Source: Felis catus (taxonomy: Eukaryota). Taken from it: a stretch of 64,000 nucleotides of DNA. Of this stretch, positions 23,630-37,165 are shown piece after piece (positions within the stretch are counted from its first letter, which is position 1; each line of letters starts with the position of its first letter). The notes under the pieces are model-generated. The model was not told the origin of the DNA. It saw nothing but the letters and a program-made list of their open reading frames with translations, and searched no databases. Made by a program: the position numbers and the translations under genes. The stretch is from assembly GCF_018350175.1 (NCBI RefSeq), contig NC_058382.1, forward strand, positions 49,478,001 to 49,542,000. The letters are read 5' to 3'.

Positions 23630-25230
23630 CAAACAAATACTATTTTTGCCCAAAATGCAAGGATGGTTCAACATCAGAAAACCTGTTTTATCAATAGACC
23701 AAAAGAGGGAACACATGATTTCACTTGATACAGAAAAAGAATTAGATCATTCAGTCCATTTTATGTTTTAAATTCTCACTAAATAATGATAAAAGGAACT
23801 TTCTCAATTGACAAAAGTTATATAACAAAAATCTGTAGCAAACATTATATCCAATGGAAAAAACTTTCTTTAACTTAATAATGGAGATCCTGATCAACAG
23901 GTTAAGGAAAGAAAAAGAAATTAAATGTAAGAATTGGAAGGGAAGAGATAACCCTTTTTGTTTTCCTCATGATGTTATCAGATATAAGATGAATCTATAA
24001 TATCAGATTGTATTTCCCAATGTCTGCATTAACTGACTAGAAATTTAAGAAATAATAACAGAACAAACCATAAAGTGTCTGGTATTTAACTGAAGCCATT
24101 TGTAGACTCTCTATTGGAGATCCAAATAAAAAGAAAGATGTTCTGTAATCTTGCATGAGATCCAATATTATAAAGATGATAATCTTTCCTTCTCATTGAT
24201 TTATAAATTCAGTGCTATTCCAGTAACTATGGAGTAATAGATTACCCCAAAGCTGATGAGCTTAAACAACAGTAATCATTCTCACTATTTTTGTGAACCA
24301 GTAATTTGAGAGCAGCTCTTTCAGGCATTTTTGGCTTTTTGGCCTCCCATGAGGGTGCAGTCAGGTGGTGGCTGTGGATGGGACCATCTCAAAGGCTTTT
24401 CTAGTCATGTACCCCATGTCTGGTCTGGGAAGACCCCAGGAGTTGGGGGTGGGGACACCTGGGGCCCTTGGGCATCTCTATGAGTACTTTACACGTGATT
24501 TCCCCAGCATGGTGCCTTCAGGGCACCTGGACTTCTTACATGTTAGTTGAGGGATCCCACTGCCCTTGTCCCAAGAGAGAGCCAGATGCATGCCATATTA
24601 CCTTTTTTTAAACCTAGCCTTGGAAGTCCCCTGGCATCATGGCTGTGTACCTCTGCACATGACTAGTTGAGGCAGATACGAAGATCACTCTACATAGAAG
24701 GGAAAGGAACATAGACCCCATCTGTCGATTGAGGAATGTTAATATCACATTGTAGAAAGAGTGTGTGGGGTGAGATCTATATTGGCACAACTATCTTTGG
24801 AAAATATAGTCTGCCACAAGTGCACTTCTCCTTGGGACTCTAACTGGATTTTTTTAAAATCTTTTATTGTTAAATGCATTTGAAGTAACAAAGTCAACTT
24901 TTAGAAAAAAGAGAAAAGGGGGACTTTTACACCAGATATTATGAGCTATCGAACTATGGTACTAAAAGCAGTATAGTGTCTATGCAAGAATAGGTAAAAC
25001 AGACAAAAATGGAATGAAGATCTCAAAGATAGACCCATGTATCAGTGGGACCATAATTTGGTATAAAGGGGCACCGTGAATCTGTGAGGAAAGGATGGAT
25101 TGTACATTAGATAGTGTTAGGATAATTGACTTACTAGATGAAAATACATAAACCGGATCTCCACATAATGTCACATAAAATTCTAGAGGAATTAAAAGAC
25201 CTAAATGAGAGTGGTAACACCACAAAATTA
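23630..25230 (+). mobile_element. Ancient L1 ORF2 fragments interrupted by an MLT1 LTR
   Basis: atgcaaggatggttcaacatcagaaaa and later aaagcagtatagtg...gaaatagacccat-like ORF2 motifs; A-rich sense L1 texture. Confidence 0.7.
24230..24818 (-). mobile_element. MLT1 (F/G/H-like) solo LTR
   Basis: gtaatagattaccccaaagctgatgagcttaaacaac...atctttggaaaatatagtctgccaca. Confidence 0.75.
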
Positions 25231-25231
25231 A

Positions 25232-26960
25232 TACAGGTCCACCTTTTCTCATCCACAAATCTGAAACCCAGAAAACTCTGAAAACTGGAAGCTCTTTCAT
25301 AACCCACATGGCAGCAAAACTTAGTTGAGATTAGGCTGTTTATTTGTAATCATTTATTTATCCTGCTTGTGTGAACATCACAGATTTCATTGCAGTTTTT
25401 TAAAAAACTTATCATAAAGCTTGCAAATATTCAGAAAAATTAAAATGATATCACAGTGGACACCCACATGTCTAGTACCTGAACTCAACACTTACTTAGC
25501 ATTTTTGATATATTTGCTTTATCTATTATGTGTGTATATATATAGATTTTTCTTTTCTTTCTTCCTTCCTTCCTTCCTTCCTTCCTTCCTTCCTTCCTTC
25601 CTTCCTTCCTGCTGAACCATTTGAAATAAGTTGCAAACATTGTGAAACTTTACATACTACTTACTACTACTATAGGTAGTATAAGAGAAAGGACAAGAGA
25701 AAGGACGTTTTCCTACAGAATCACCATATAATTGTCACACTTTTAAAACTTAACAGCAATTCCATAATATCAATACCCAGTACATATTCAGACTTCCCCC
25801 ATTTATCCCCAGAATGTTTTTCCCCCACTCAATAAATGTTTATTGAGCATTGGAACATTATTTATTGTTCATTGAACAATGTGTAGTGAACATTATTGAA
25901 CAGCTGCTGTTATAAATCACTATGGAAAATACAAAAATAAATTTAAAAAACTAAATAAACTAGGCATGTTCACTATCCTCAGGAACAATCTAGTGTGGGA
26001 GATACAAACATACACAAAATATCATGCAAGGCAGACTGCGGATAAAGCTCTGTAAGACATAGGGTCATTGATTCCTTCTGGAAGGGGGTTCCTCCCACTG
26101 TAGCATGTTGGGGGAACTGCCAACTCCCTGGTCCTAACCCAGATCCCTCTCTGCTCAATCTTCAGATTCGAATTTGAAGGATATTTGGTCTCAGACCAAA
26201 AATATATTTGTCAGCTGTCTTTACTGAACTAAGATTTTTAGTCAAGGTTCATGCATTGCATTTGGTGGTTGGTCTGTTTCTTTAATTTCTCTTGATTCAC
26301 AGCTCTGTGTGTGCATGTGTGTGATGCTGACATCTTATAAAGACCAGAGCCAGCTGACTTACAGAATGTCCCTCATTCTGGGTTTGTCTGATTGTTTCCT
26401 TGTGGTATCATTTACTTTGTTTCTCTGTCTATACCTTCCCTGGTATTTCATTATAAACTGGAAGCTGGGTCTAAAGGCTTGATTGATTTCAGCTTAAACA
26501 TTTTGGTGAAGAATGTAGGTGTTCTTGCTGCATACTTTGTATTGTATCACATAAGGAGATACGAACTGAATGTCAGGTTTTTCTACCATTACATTTCTGT
26601 TAAGTTTGATCATATGGTACGATCGTGACCGCCAAGGCTTCCCCTGGTGAAGGTATACTTTTTCCCTTTGCAGTGAGCAACTTACTACCAGGGCTGTTGT
26701 GACTTGCAGATGTCCTCTTCTCTGGCAACAGAATGATTTTATCATTCTAATGATAAAATTTAATCGTTTTCATATCTATTGATGATCCTTGCCTGAATCA
26801 ATTATTTCTTTGGTGGGTCACTTCAAAACTATTAACGTGTAATTATGTGGGGCCGTCCCAGACATTAATAGAGGCATTGCATAACATCACCTTTCTTAAG
26901 TCTGGAACAATCTCAATTCCAAAACTCCCAGGCCCCAAGGTTTGCAGATGTGGGATTATA
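25232..26960. mobile_element. MER46C-like Tigger MITE split in two (about 25232-25395 and 26830-26960) by about 1.4 kb of L1MC-like and L2-like sequence
   Basis: Left end tacaggtccaccttttctcatccacaaatctg; right end ccaggccccaaggtttgcagatgtgggatt; intervening antisense L1 3'-like sequence. Confidence 0.55.
25558..25610. repeat. (CTTC)n microsatellite
   Basis: Directly visible. Confidence 0.95.
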
Positions 26961-28457
26961 AAGAAGTAGGAGGAAAAGTAGAATGTCTTTGTGTCACAGG
27001 AACAAGGAAGAACTTTTTCAAGCACAAAAAGGCAAAAACGTAGTTGGTATTTAAAGCCTCCATACTCAGAAGGGAGAAGATGTAGAAAGAGAATAGTAGA
27101 GGGTCAGGACTGAGCCGTGGGCATCAACTATTATCCTGGGGTTGGGAGGAAGAGGAGAAAACAAAACAGGAGACAGAAGGAGCCACTAGCGGGGTGAGAG
27201 GAAAGCCGAAAGAGTGCAGCACGGAAGCCAAGTAAAGAGAGCACGTCAGAGAGGAGCGCTGGCCTGGCTTGTGCCCCTGCGAGAGTCCGCGCAGATGAGG
27301 ACCCAAAAGCGACTCGTAGGTTTGGTGGCACCAGGCCAGCGGTGCCCTTGATGAGCCATTTTGACGGAGTGGTGAAGGCAGAAGTCTCATGGAGGTGGGT
27401 GTGGGGTGAGAGGGAAGAGACAGGCATTAACAAGTATGGACAACCTTTTGGAGGAGTTTGGATGCAAAATGATGAAAAAAAAAAACCAAACAAACCGGGA
27501 GATAGCTGTCAGGGGAAGCTGAGTCAAGAGAAGGCATTTTTCCAAAATTGCTGAAATCCCAGCGTATTTGTTTGCTGATGGGAATGATTCAGTAAAGAGC
27601 AAAAAAGTAAAACAGCCGCATTCCGAAAATCATGATCCACGTTTCACGAGCACACCTATAAAGCGGGGTGTGCACGTAAAGTACATTAAAGGGTACCTCC
27701 TGGAGCAGAAGGTCTACAGGGAGGCGAATGGAATGACTTGAGGGCGAAAGGAAACGAGATAGGCCTTGCACAGGCCCGTGGGCCATGAACTGTGGGCTGT
27801 GTTAAATCGGCCTTGGCAACCAGAGGGCAGGAACAAAGAGCAGCAAAGAGCAGCGTGATGTCTCTGACCTGTTGCAGTGACACCACCAGTCAGCCAGCCC
27901 CCCACCCACAGACATGTGAGGTGACAATTAGGTCATTTGTAAAGTCTCAAAATGCTCCCTTTCCCTGGAAACTGCCGATGGGTGCCCTCCATCCTAAGGA
28001 GGGAGCAAACCGAGAAAGAGGAAAACCTGGAATCCTGGGAAGGGGATCCAGCAAAGGAGGAGATGGTAAGATGGTGATGTCCTTCTAGGATGTAGACGAC
28101 ACTGTTGTATTTTAATACCTCCGGGAGTTCAGCTGGGGACTTTTTACTTACTTGTAGCCTTGTACCCTTTTGTGGTAGGTAGAAGTTATGTTGTAAGGTA
28201 TCTGTGTCTTAACCAAGCAGTTTTACTATGTGAGATTTACCCGAAGGATGATACTGGACACAGTGCCCAAGATACTCAGGTGCTGTCATGATGTAGTGTT
28301 GTTTCTAATACTGAAAAACTGGGGACTGCCTAAATGTCTATCTGTCGGAAATTAGCTAGAGAAATTATATCTCCGTACAACGTAACCATTTCTTAAAAGA
28401 GATGAGGGAAGTTGTATTATTTCCATGTAAAGAAAATATATTTTAAATGAAAAAGCA

Positions 28458-28645
28458 GGGGTGCATGGGTGGCTCAGTCGGTTAAGCAGCCGACTCTTGA
28501 TCTCGGCTCAGGTCATGATCTCAAGGTCGTGAGATCAAGCCCTGAGTCAGGCTCTGGGTGGGGAACCTGCTTAGGATTCTCTCTCCCTCTCTCTCTGACC
28601 CCTCCCTCACTCTTGAACATGGGCTTTTCTCTGTTTCCTTCTTTC

Positions 28646-28681
<36 letters not shown>

Positions 28682-28783
28682 CAGATTTCAGGGTGCTTCC
28701 TGGCTCAGTCAGTAAAACCTGTGACTCTTGATCTTGGGGTCATGAGTTCAAGTCCCACTTTGGGCATGGAGTCTACTTTAAAA
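28458..28783 (+). mobile_element. Two adjacent Can-SINEs (28458-28676; short copy 28690-28783)
   Basis: Two SINE heads; long poly-A; TSD aagcagatttca around the second. Confidence 0.88.
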
Positions 28784-30139
28784 CAAGCAGATTTCAAAAT
28801 CCTGGAGATGGCATGATATTAAAAAAAATGAAAATATAAATATCTTATCCAGAAATATATTTTACAAGTAAAAATCTATTGATCTACATTGGGGAAGAAA
28901 AGTATCACATGAAACCGGTCTCAAAGTTTGGAGCCCAGTGCCCGCGTTCCTCAAGAGCACATTGCCCTGGGAAAGCCTTGAACTGGAAGAGCATGGCAGA
29001 ATTAGCGGACGTCTTATAACGTGCTTACGTGACTGGGGGGCATCCCCACACGGTGCACCATCCCCAGTGAAGGTGCCTTGCCTGGCCGAGGTCCCCATGT
29101 GCGTGGGGAGCAGCCCGCGGGGCTGCCGCGCTGGTGCAGCAAACCCCTTCCTCGGGAGGCTGCGCCGAGCTCTACTCCACACCTGCCGTTCCTTTTTCAC
29201 AGATTGTCTCCTTGGTTGCTTTTGCCTTTTAAAGCCAAGCTCGAACATCGGTCAGTCCAAAAAGTGAAAGACCCAGTGACCTGGTTTTGGAGCGTGACCT
29301 CTGGAGGCAGAGCGCCCCAGGTGCGTGCAAGGGCTTCCAGCACCAGCTGCCACCGTGAGTGAGTGAGTGGTTCTGGGTCCGGAGTCTGTGCGGCAAACTT
29401 CCACGTCCCCGGCCAGCCATCGTGCCTCCCCCTGGGGCACGGAGTGTCATCTCCCTAATCCAAGTTTGAAATGTGGCCCTGGTGGCCGGGGCTGGAGAAC
29501 ACACTTCCCTTGTCACCCTGCGTCCATTTCCTTCCTTGTGTGAGCCTCCTTTCTGTCTGCCAAATGGACCCGAGGCTGCCTCACACCAAGTTATTTTGGA
29601 TGCACTCAAAAATGCGAGGGTCCACTCCCACCTCCCCAGTTCCATTCAGCACATGGATGGAACCGAGCTGACGCCTGAGGAGAACCAGTGGGGCCGAAGA
29701 AAGTGAGAAAAGGCGTGCTTCCTGCCGCTCGTTAGCCAGAGAGGTGAACGGCTGGTCTTACCATCTGAGCGAAGGTTAGCCAAAAGCAAGACGTAGCCTT
29801 TTAGCAACACCACTTTCCAGCTAAGAGAAACAAGAACAAAAGGAAAGAAAGTAAGAAGAGTTGCTTTGCAGATAGATAGATATCTACAGTTTGGGAACTT
29901 CATTTTTTTTGTTTTGGTTGGGTTTTTTGCTTGGGATCTCAGCATATGCACTGTAAATATTATTCCTAGCTGTGCCCTTCTACTTCCAGTATCCGTAGTA
30001 TTTGCGCTCATGTTTAAGTGTGGTTTTTTAAATATTATTTTCCCTCAGGGCCCAGGCGGGGATCCTCAAACGTTCTCCTAGAGTGGGCTTATCTGTTCCC
30101 GTGGCTTTTTTTTTTTTTCTGTTTTAAGTTGATTCTACC

Positions 30140-30930
30140 CTCATGAACATCCCCAGTCCACATCTTCCCTCTGGGCCTCAGCTCCTACACCAGACACGCC
30201 AGCTGTCACCACTTGAATGTCTCTCAGAGTCCTCAAGACTTGGTGTGTTCAAAACTGCCCATCATCTTCATCCCCACCCCTTCCCATAACCCGTCCTCTT
30301 CCTAGGATTCTTACCTTCATAAAAACCACTGTTTACCCACTTCCTGATGCCAGAAACTTGAGCGTCATTGTTAACTACTCCTGCACCCGTTCTTCTAACT
30401 TCTAAGATAACAAACCCCAGAGTATGAACCCCTTAGAGATCTTTGTCATCCATACGCTTTTCTCCCAGGGTTGGGCACAATATATAAGAGGAAGCAGAAA
30501 ATTTTAGTAATCAAGATAATAATTGTTCAGGGTCGCGTTGACCAGATGTCCCTCCTGGATTCTGAGTCTGCCAGATGGCCCATTGGGCAGCCAGTCCGGA
30601 GGCCCCAGTGGCATAGGGACCTTAATGTTTGCCAGGGGTTGGCAGGGCAGTGGGGTAGCCTGGCCCACACCTGCTTTTCTCCATTCACACCACTTTGGGC
30701 CTGAGTGACTGCAGCAACCCCCTAATTGCTCTGCAGGCTTTCAGACCAACCCAGTCCATTTACTGCACTGTGACCAGAGTAGTGTTTCTAAAATGTTCCA
30801 AAATCCAGAGTTTCTGGATAGTTTGTAGTATTTCCGGAATGAGGCACCTAAGTTCTCAGTGTGCCTCACAAGGCCCTATCAGATCTGATCCCTATCTCCC
30901 TCTTAGCTCTCACATTTTTTTTTTTGCCAT
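30140..30930 (+). mobile_element. L2 fragments
   Basis: ccacttgaatgtctctcagagtcctcaagacttggtgtgttcaaaactg and ccagagtagtgtttctaaaatg are L2-like. Confidence 0.5.
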
Positions 30931-30944
30931 TCTACCTGTCAACA

Positions 30945-31345
30945 TTTTTTTAAAAATGAAACTTTTTAAAAATTACAGTTTAATGTACATACAGAGAAGT
31001 GCTTATATTACATTTTAAGTGTGCATTTTGATGAATTTTCACAGACTGAGCAACTCTGTAACCAGCATCCCAGGAGACCCGCTCATGCCCCTTTCCAGTC
31101 ATTGCCCCTCTAGCAGGTGACGGCCATCCTGACTTGTAAAACGTGGATTTGTCTTATAATTGTGCTTTAATTAGATAGAATCAGAAACCATATGCTCTTA
31201 TGTCTGTTTCCTTCCTCAACAGTATGTTTGTGAGACGTGTCCGTATTGTTAGGTGCGTAGTCATAGACCTTCCATTTGCTTTGCTGCGGTAGTTTTCCAT
31301 TATACGAATACACTACTTTTTTTATGTGTCCGTTTGCTCTTACCC
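30945..31345 (-). mobile_element. L1ME-like 3' fragment
   Basis: tacatacagagaagtgc...gatgaattttcacagactgagca...ccatcctgactt. Confidence 0.65.
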
Positions 31346-31349
31346 TCGA

Positions 31350-31868
31350 GCTGTGTAACAAAATAGCCCCAAACTAGAAGGTGTAAAATAACCGTTATGC
31401 TCACAGATTCTGTGGCTCTGGTATTTGCTTGGGGACAGCAGGAGCAGCTTGCCTCTGCCTCCTGATATCTGGGGCTTCGGCTGGAAAACCGGCTGGCTGG
31501 GTACTGTGTCTTGATGGTCTGTTCACTCACATGTCTGGCTCTGGCTGAGACCTCAGTTAGGGCTCTCAGCCAGAACGCTGATGCGTGAGGCCTCGATGTT
31601 TGGCCTGTGCTTCCTCGCAGCATGGCAGCTGGGTTCCAGGGGGAGGGTCCTGAGACACAGCGAGGTGGCAGCTGAATCTCTTGTATGACAGCCTCATGCA
31701 TCATAGCATCTCCACTCGACTCACTTGGTCAGAACAGTCACAAACCCGTCCAGGTTTATGGGAAGAGAAAAGATTCCAGAGCTTGGTGAAGACCGGCAAG
31801 GTTCTGCAAGTGTATGTGGGACTGGGAATACTCCTAAGGCCATTTTTGGAGAATACAGTCTGCTACTC
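31350..31868 (-). mobile_element. MLT1 (F/G-like) solo LTR
   Basis: ctgtgtaacaaaatagccccaaact...atgctcacagattctgtgg...ggccatttttggagaatacagtctgctac. Confidence 0.75.
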
Positions 31869-32694
31869 CATGCGACTGGTGATGGGTTTTTACCTTTTTG
31901 ATCCAGCCACACTGATAATTTTTTTAGTTCTTTGAGAGAACAGTCCTCAGGCCTTCTGCTTGCCCAACCTAGCTGCCTGGCTGCCTTCTACTTACCCTTT
32001 AGTCTCAGCTGAGCCGTGCCTGCTTACCAGAAACCTCTCTGACGTCACTGCCTCCTCAGCCCCCAGCCTCAAGATCTCAGGGAGGGCTCTGCTGCCGATT
32101 GCATTTGGCACGTTGTCCTGTCCCTGTCCTAGCAGTGATGATGAGGTGGTCCCCCTGCCTGCATACCCATACATATGCAGCCCCCATCAGAGTTTAAGCT
32201 TCATGAAGGGGCGCTTTCTGCCTTGTATGCCAATCAGTGACTGGCACTTATATGCCAATCAGTGCCTGGCACTTAGCAGTTGTGGGTTGAGAGCCTCCCA
32301 TCAGACCCCCTTCTTTTTCTGGTAAGAAATGTAACCAGAGCTGTGACATGAGTCATCCAGCCGGAAGTAGGTGCCTCTGGGACCAGCACTCCCAGGTCCA
32401 CACTCTGAGGAGAGGCGTTGCAGCGGATGGGCCTCCTTTTGAGCCACCCCCACACCTTCACCTCTGAAAGGCACGGGCTAAAGTGACAAAGCCCACGTGC
32501 TGCCATTCGTCATACCCTTCCCACGTGCAGACGGCCAAGACAAGTGAGGCCTCCTCTCCCGTCCCGAGTCCTGGACCATTTGTCAATCAGCTAGCTATTT
32601 GGGTGAAAGATACTGTTAGAGAAATTGAGGCCAGGCTGCTTTTCACAAGTATTGATGGTTTGCTGGGTTCTGTTAATAGCGCTTTTTTTTTTTC

Positions 32695-32818
<124 letters not shown>

Positions 32819-34027
32819 TCCCTCTGGAGCAGAGGTTGAGTTAATACTGTTGCTCAGTTTGTGGCATTTTATCATTGGTCTGGGCAAGGCCGTTCTCTTG
32901 GTTTTATTCATTTGTATATTGATTTACTCCCTTTTACTCCTAGTCTTCATCCCCCTCCACAGCCAGCCATGCACACGTTTATTCTCTTATTGGTGTTTCG
33001 TGAGTTGTTACTTTGTGTGCATATGTGTAGTTTTCATTTTTGTTTTTGTGTGTAGATTTTAGTTAATCATGTGCATATGTTTTTTAAGTGAAAATGCTTT
33101 TGTTTCTTTGTTTTAATTTGGCGCTGTGTTCATATCTATCCTGTATGTTCTGCCCACTGCTGATGCCTGCTGCATACTGCCTCATAGTGTCCATGCTCTG
33201 CACGGTTCTTATCCATTTATCGTCGGGGCTGCCTGAAGCCCACTGCTACCCGACTGGATGCTATAGCGAACATCCTGTGCTGTCTTCTGATTGGCCTCTG
33301 GGAAACACCCAGAGGTGGCCTGGGAAACATACCCCAGTGGTGGGGTAGACCAGTGAACTTTCTAGGATTATTTCTTCTGAGGACTCAGAAGAGACGATTG
33401 TGTTTCATTTCTCTATTGTCTCCTAAATGCTAGGAAGATAGGTTGCTTAGACCACCCAGCTTTTAGCCTAGCTCTGCAGTCTCCCAGCGACACCACCCAG
33501 AGACAAAGGTTGGGGTTTTATTCTCTTGTGGGACAGTTTGAAGTCTGAGTTTCTTCACTTGAATTGTTCAAAATCCCATTGCTCCTTTTGTGTCCATGTG
33601 TACAATAAGCCGCAGCTGCCGAGTTCTATCCTGATACCCTGTTGTCCATGACTGTTTCTAGAGTCCTGTATGGAGGCAGCTCCATACAGGTATAGTGCCA
33701 AGAGGCCAGTCAGTGGAGTCAGGCAGGCACAAGCACACATTTGCCTTCCCCATGTGTGTGCTCGCCCCGTCCATGAGCTCTGGGGACCCACATGCAAGCA
33801 CATAGCACAGAGCCTGTCCAGGGGCAATTCCCACTCTCCCTTCTTGGCTCCCCTCTTATGAGACATGAAAGCCCTGGTAAGAGTGTTGAAAGAGCACAGT
33901 GTCTAATGGGTGTTGATCTCTATTAAAATATTTGTTACCACGTTGTGAATTATTTATAATGGACCTATGTCTGGAATTTGTTTCCAAAGAATCTGGGTGC
34001 CTGGAGGAGTGGGTTGGGGTAGAGATC

Positions 34028-34148
34028 AGGTGACTATATAATTTATTGTCTAGTCCCAGGCATGTTTGAGACTGAAGAGGGGCTCTTAATTACACCAGGA
34101 CAAGCTTAAACTGAGATTGTCTAGGCAAACCAAGACCTGGATACCCTA
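34028..34148. mobile_element. MER94-like hAT-Blackjack MITE inside an L1MC-like 3' end (about 33960-34260)
   Basis: aggtgactatataatttattgtc...gattgtctaggcaaaccaagacctggataccct; ends resemble AGGGTGACC terminal inverted repeats. Confidence 0.65.
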
Positions 34149-34263
34149 AGAGAAAATGAGACAGAATTGACCCTGAGTTGATCATTGTTGAAACTAAGTG
34201 ATGAGTACCTGGAAGCCCATTATTTTCTATTTTTTGTCTGAAAAATTTCCATAATAAAGAGGG

Positions 34264-34487
34264 TTTTTTGTTTTTTTTTTTTTACATTTTGAAATGTTTT
34301 ATTTATTTTTGAGAGAGAGAGAGCAGGAGAGAGGCAGAGAGAGAGAGATGGAGACACAGAATCTGAAGCAGGCTCCGGGCTCTGAGCTGTCAGCACAGAG
34401 CCCAACGCGGGGCTCAAACTTACAGACTGAGAGATCATGACCTGAGCCGACGTCGGATGCTTAACTGACTAAGCCACCCAGGTGCCC
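34264..34487 (-). mobile_element. Feliform Can-SINE
   Basis: T tail, gagacacagaatctgaagcaggctcc body, ends cacccaggtgccc. Confidence 0.92.
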
Positions 34488-35137
34488 ACATTTTTTTTTA
34501 AGGAAATCTTTCTATTAGCTAAAGCATTCCAAAGTCCTCACTTTCCGGGAAATGGTTATGGGGACCCTAGGCAGTCCCTGCAGGGGGCAGAAAGGTCACC
34601 GCTCTTTCACCTGCAGGCACTTCCTCGTGGGGAGGAGGAGGTAGCGAGGTCCTGCCTGCTCTCATTGGTAGGAGAAATGAGAAACCAGAGAAACCAGATG
34701 GTGTTCAGCTCAACATAACTTGGTTTAGCACGGGCGCAGGGCTGACCTCTTTCTGGCCCCCAGGACTTTCAAGCCCTGCCCAGGTGGCAGCCCGAGCGGA
34801 GCCGTGCACATCCGCTGCACACCACACTTGCGGTAGCAAGGGTGCCTGCGCTCTGTGCACCCGCACATGTGATTACTATCAACACCCTGTGTCAGAACCA
34901 CAAGTTGGGCAGGAAGCAGCGTGACCGCAGTGGGTTTTTAACTAACATTCGGTCTCACAAACACTTCACCATCCTACTTAACTCTCACTGTGGTATGGCA
35001 GTTGGTGGAGCCCTGAGTGGTGGAAGGTAGCCTCCGCTGGGAATGGACTCAAACAACAGTGTAACATACTCTTAATTTGTTATCTCTTTCCAGTTGTACA
35101 GCTGGGCCTCTTTCACACAGTTCCATGAAGTGTGATA

Positions 35138-35720
35138 TTCATTCATCCAGCAGATATTTTCAAGAGTCTGTCATATGCCATGGTCTGGGAACACAGCAGG
35201 AAAAGAAAAAGACTCTGCCTTCAAGGAGCTTATATTGTAATGGGGGTGACAGATAGCCGGCGCAGCGGTGGTGAATGCTAAGAAGAAAATAAAACACATT
35301 GGGCTGGGGATGGTGGATCGAGATTGGTGTCTGTTAGAGGGGTTGTCTAAGGAGGTGAGAGGGAACTAGCAGATGTCAGAGGAAAGGGCATCATAGGGGA
35401 CCAAAAAGCAAGTGTAACAACGTGGTGGGGGCAGGTGGAGGAGGGTCACCTTTCTCAAATGCTGCTGATTGTTGGAGAATTGACTTTAGGATAGCACCAT
35501 GGAGAGGTCCTTGGTAATCTTGGTAATGGCAGTTTTGGGGGTTGGGCCAGTTCAAAAGGAAAGGAAGGAGAGGAAGTGAAGAAGGCAATCGCAGATAACT
35601 CCTTGTTGGTGTTCCTCATTGTAAATGGGGCAGTTGCTGATGGTGTGGGTGATAATGAGAGTGTTGTAGAAGCTGGGGACTAGCACATGTATGCAGACTC
35701 GGTAGAGAGGGAAAATGTGT
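35138..35720 (-). mobile_element. L2 fragments
   Basis: ttcattcatccagcagatattttcaagag...ctgccttcaaggagcttatattgtaatgggg. Confidence 0.65.
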
Positions 35721-35722
35721 TT

Positions 35723-35948
35723 TTTATTTTTTGTTTTTAAAAATTTTTTTTTAACGTTTATTTTTGAGACAGAGGGAGACAGAGCATGAACGGGGAGGGT
35801 CAGAGAGAGGGAGACACAGAATCTGAAACAGGCTCCAGGCTCTGAGCTGTCAGCACAGAGCCCGACACAGGGCTTGAACTCACGGACCTCGAGATCACGA
35901 CCTGAGCCGAAGTCGGCCACTTAGCCAACTGAGCCACCCAGGCGCCCC
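35723..35948 (-). mobile_element. Feliform Can-SINE
   Basis: TSD ggaaaatgtgttt on both sides. Confidence 0.93.
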
Positions 35949-36172
35949 GGGAAAATGTGTTTAGTGGAACTTGTAAGTGGCCCTCTGGTATGCTTTAGTA
36001 AATGTTAAATGACCCTGATCATGAGGTAGGGAGCCCTGGAAGGCCTGGTTCAGTTTTCTCTTTCTCTTGGCAGTCCCTCTTCTCCATACTAAAAGTAAGT
36101 CCTAAGTGTTTGCCCTGTTCTCAAAATATCTCAAAATAGTGGATAATCTTTTATTTGTAATCTTTTATTATA

Positions 36173-36332
36173 CAAATGGTTCTGAACTTTGGGGTTACAA
36201 ACGTAAACCCTTTTGACAGTCTATGGATCTGTTCCCCAGAAAAAAACATACCTGCCACAGAACCTGGCATATTATTTCAGGTTGATGGATCCTATGGTGT
36301 CTATTCTAGAAGTGTTCAGGTCAAGAAGCTGC
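36173..36332. mobile_element. Charlie4z-like hAT MITE
   Basis: tggttctgaactttggggtta...ccttttgacagtctatggatc..ccccagaaaaa...caggtcaagaagctg. Confidence 0.5.
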
Positions 36333-36689
36333 ATGTTCAGTGCATCCACTAGACAGTCACTTAAGGCTAGGAAAATGGCAGAAAGAATAAGAACTCTGTG
36401 GCCTTGTTATCTCTCTTCTTCCCTAATAGATTGTCAGTTCCTCGAGGGTAGAAATTATATTCAGTGTTTCACCATGTTTCCTAACCCCTTAATAACTAGA
36501 GTAAAAATGAATGGACAGACAGACTGACCCACTTGGTTGCTCATCCTATTTGAGTGTGGCAGATGGCTGGCCTCAAGAGAGGATATCATGCTGCAGTAAT
36601 TTTTAGTAGAGTCAGGGAACCCCAGCTACTTCCCCCTTTTAAAATTCAATCCTTTAGGAGAATAACCATGTCTCCTAAAATATTTTGCC

Positions 36690-37165
36690 TTCATTTCCTA
36701 TTACTGCTATAACAACTTACCACAAATTTGATAACATAAGTTTACTCTTACATTTTTGGAGGTTAAAGTCTGAAATGGTCTGACTGGGCTAAAATCAAGG
36801 TGTTGGCAGGAATGCATTTCTTCTGGAGGTTCTAGAACAGAAGCCGTTCCCTCACTCTTTCCAGCTTGTAGAGGCTCCTGCTTGTCTTGACTCAATGGCA
36901 TCTTCCATTCTTCAAAGCCCACAGCCTAGCATCTTCACATCTGACTCTGATGTCTGCTCCCCTGATTCTCAGGTCAGTCTCATCCCCTTCTAAGGAGGAG
37001 ACTTGTGATTACACTGGGCCTCCCTGGTTAATCCAGGATAATCTTCTGTTCTAAGATCCTTAAATTATCCCATCTGTGAGCCCTTTTCGTCATGGAAAGT
37101 AACATTCCCAGGTATCCGGGATTAGGATCTGGACATATTTGGGGGACCATTATTCTGCCTGTCAC
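36690..37165 (-). mobile_element. MLT1D-like solo LTR
   Basis: tttcctattactgctataacaacttaccacaaa...gggctaaaatcaaggtgttggcagg...gggggaccattattctgcctgtcaca. Confidence 0.85.
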
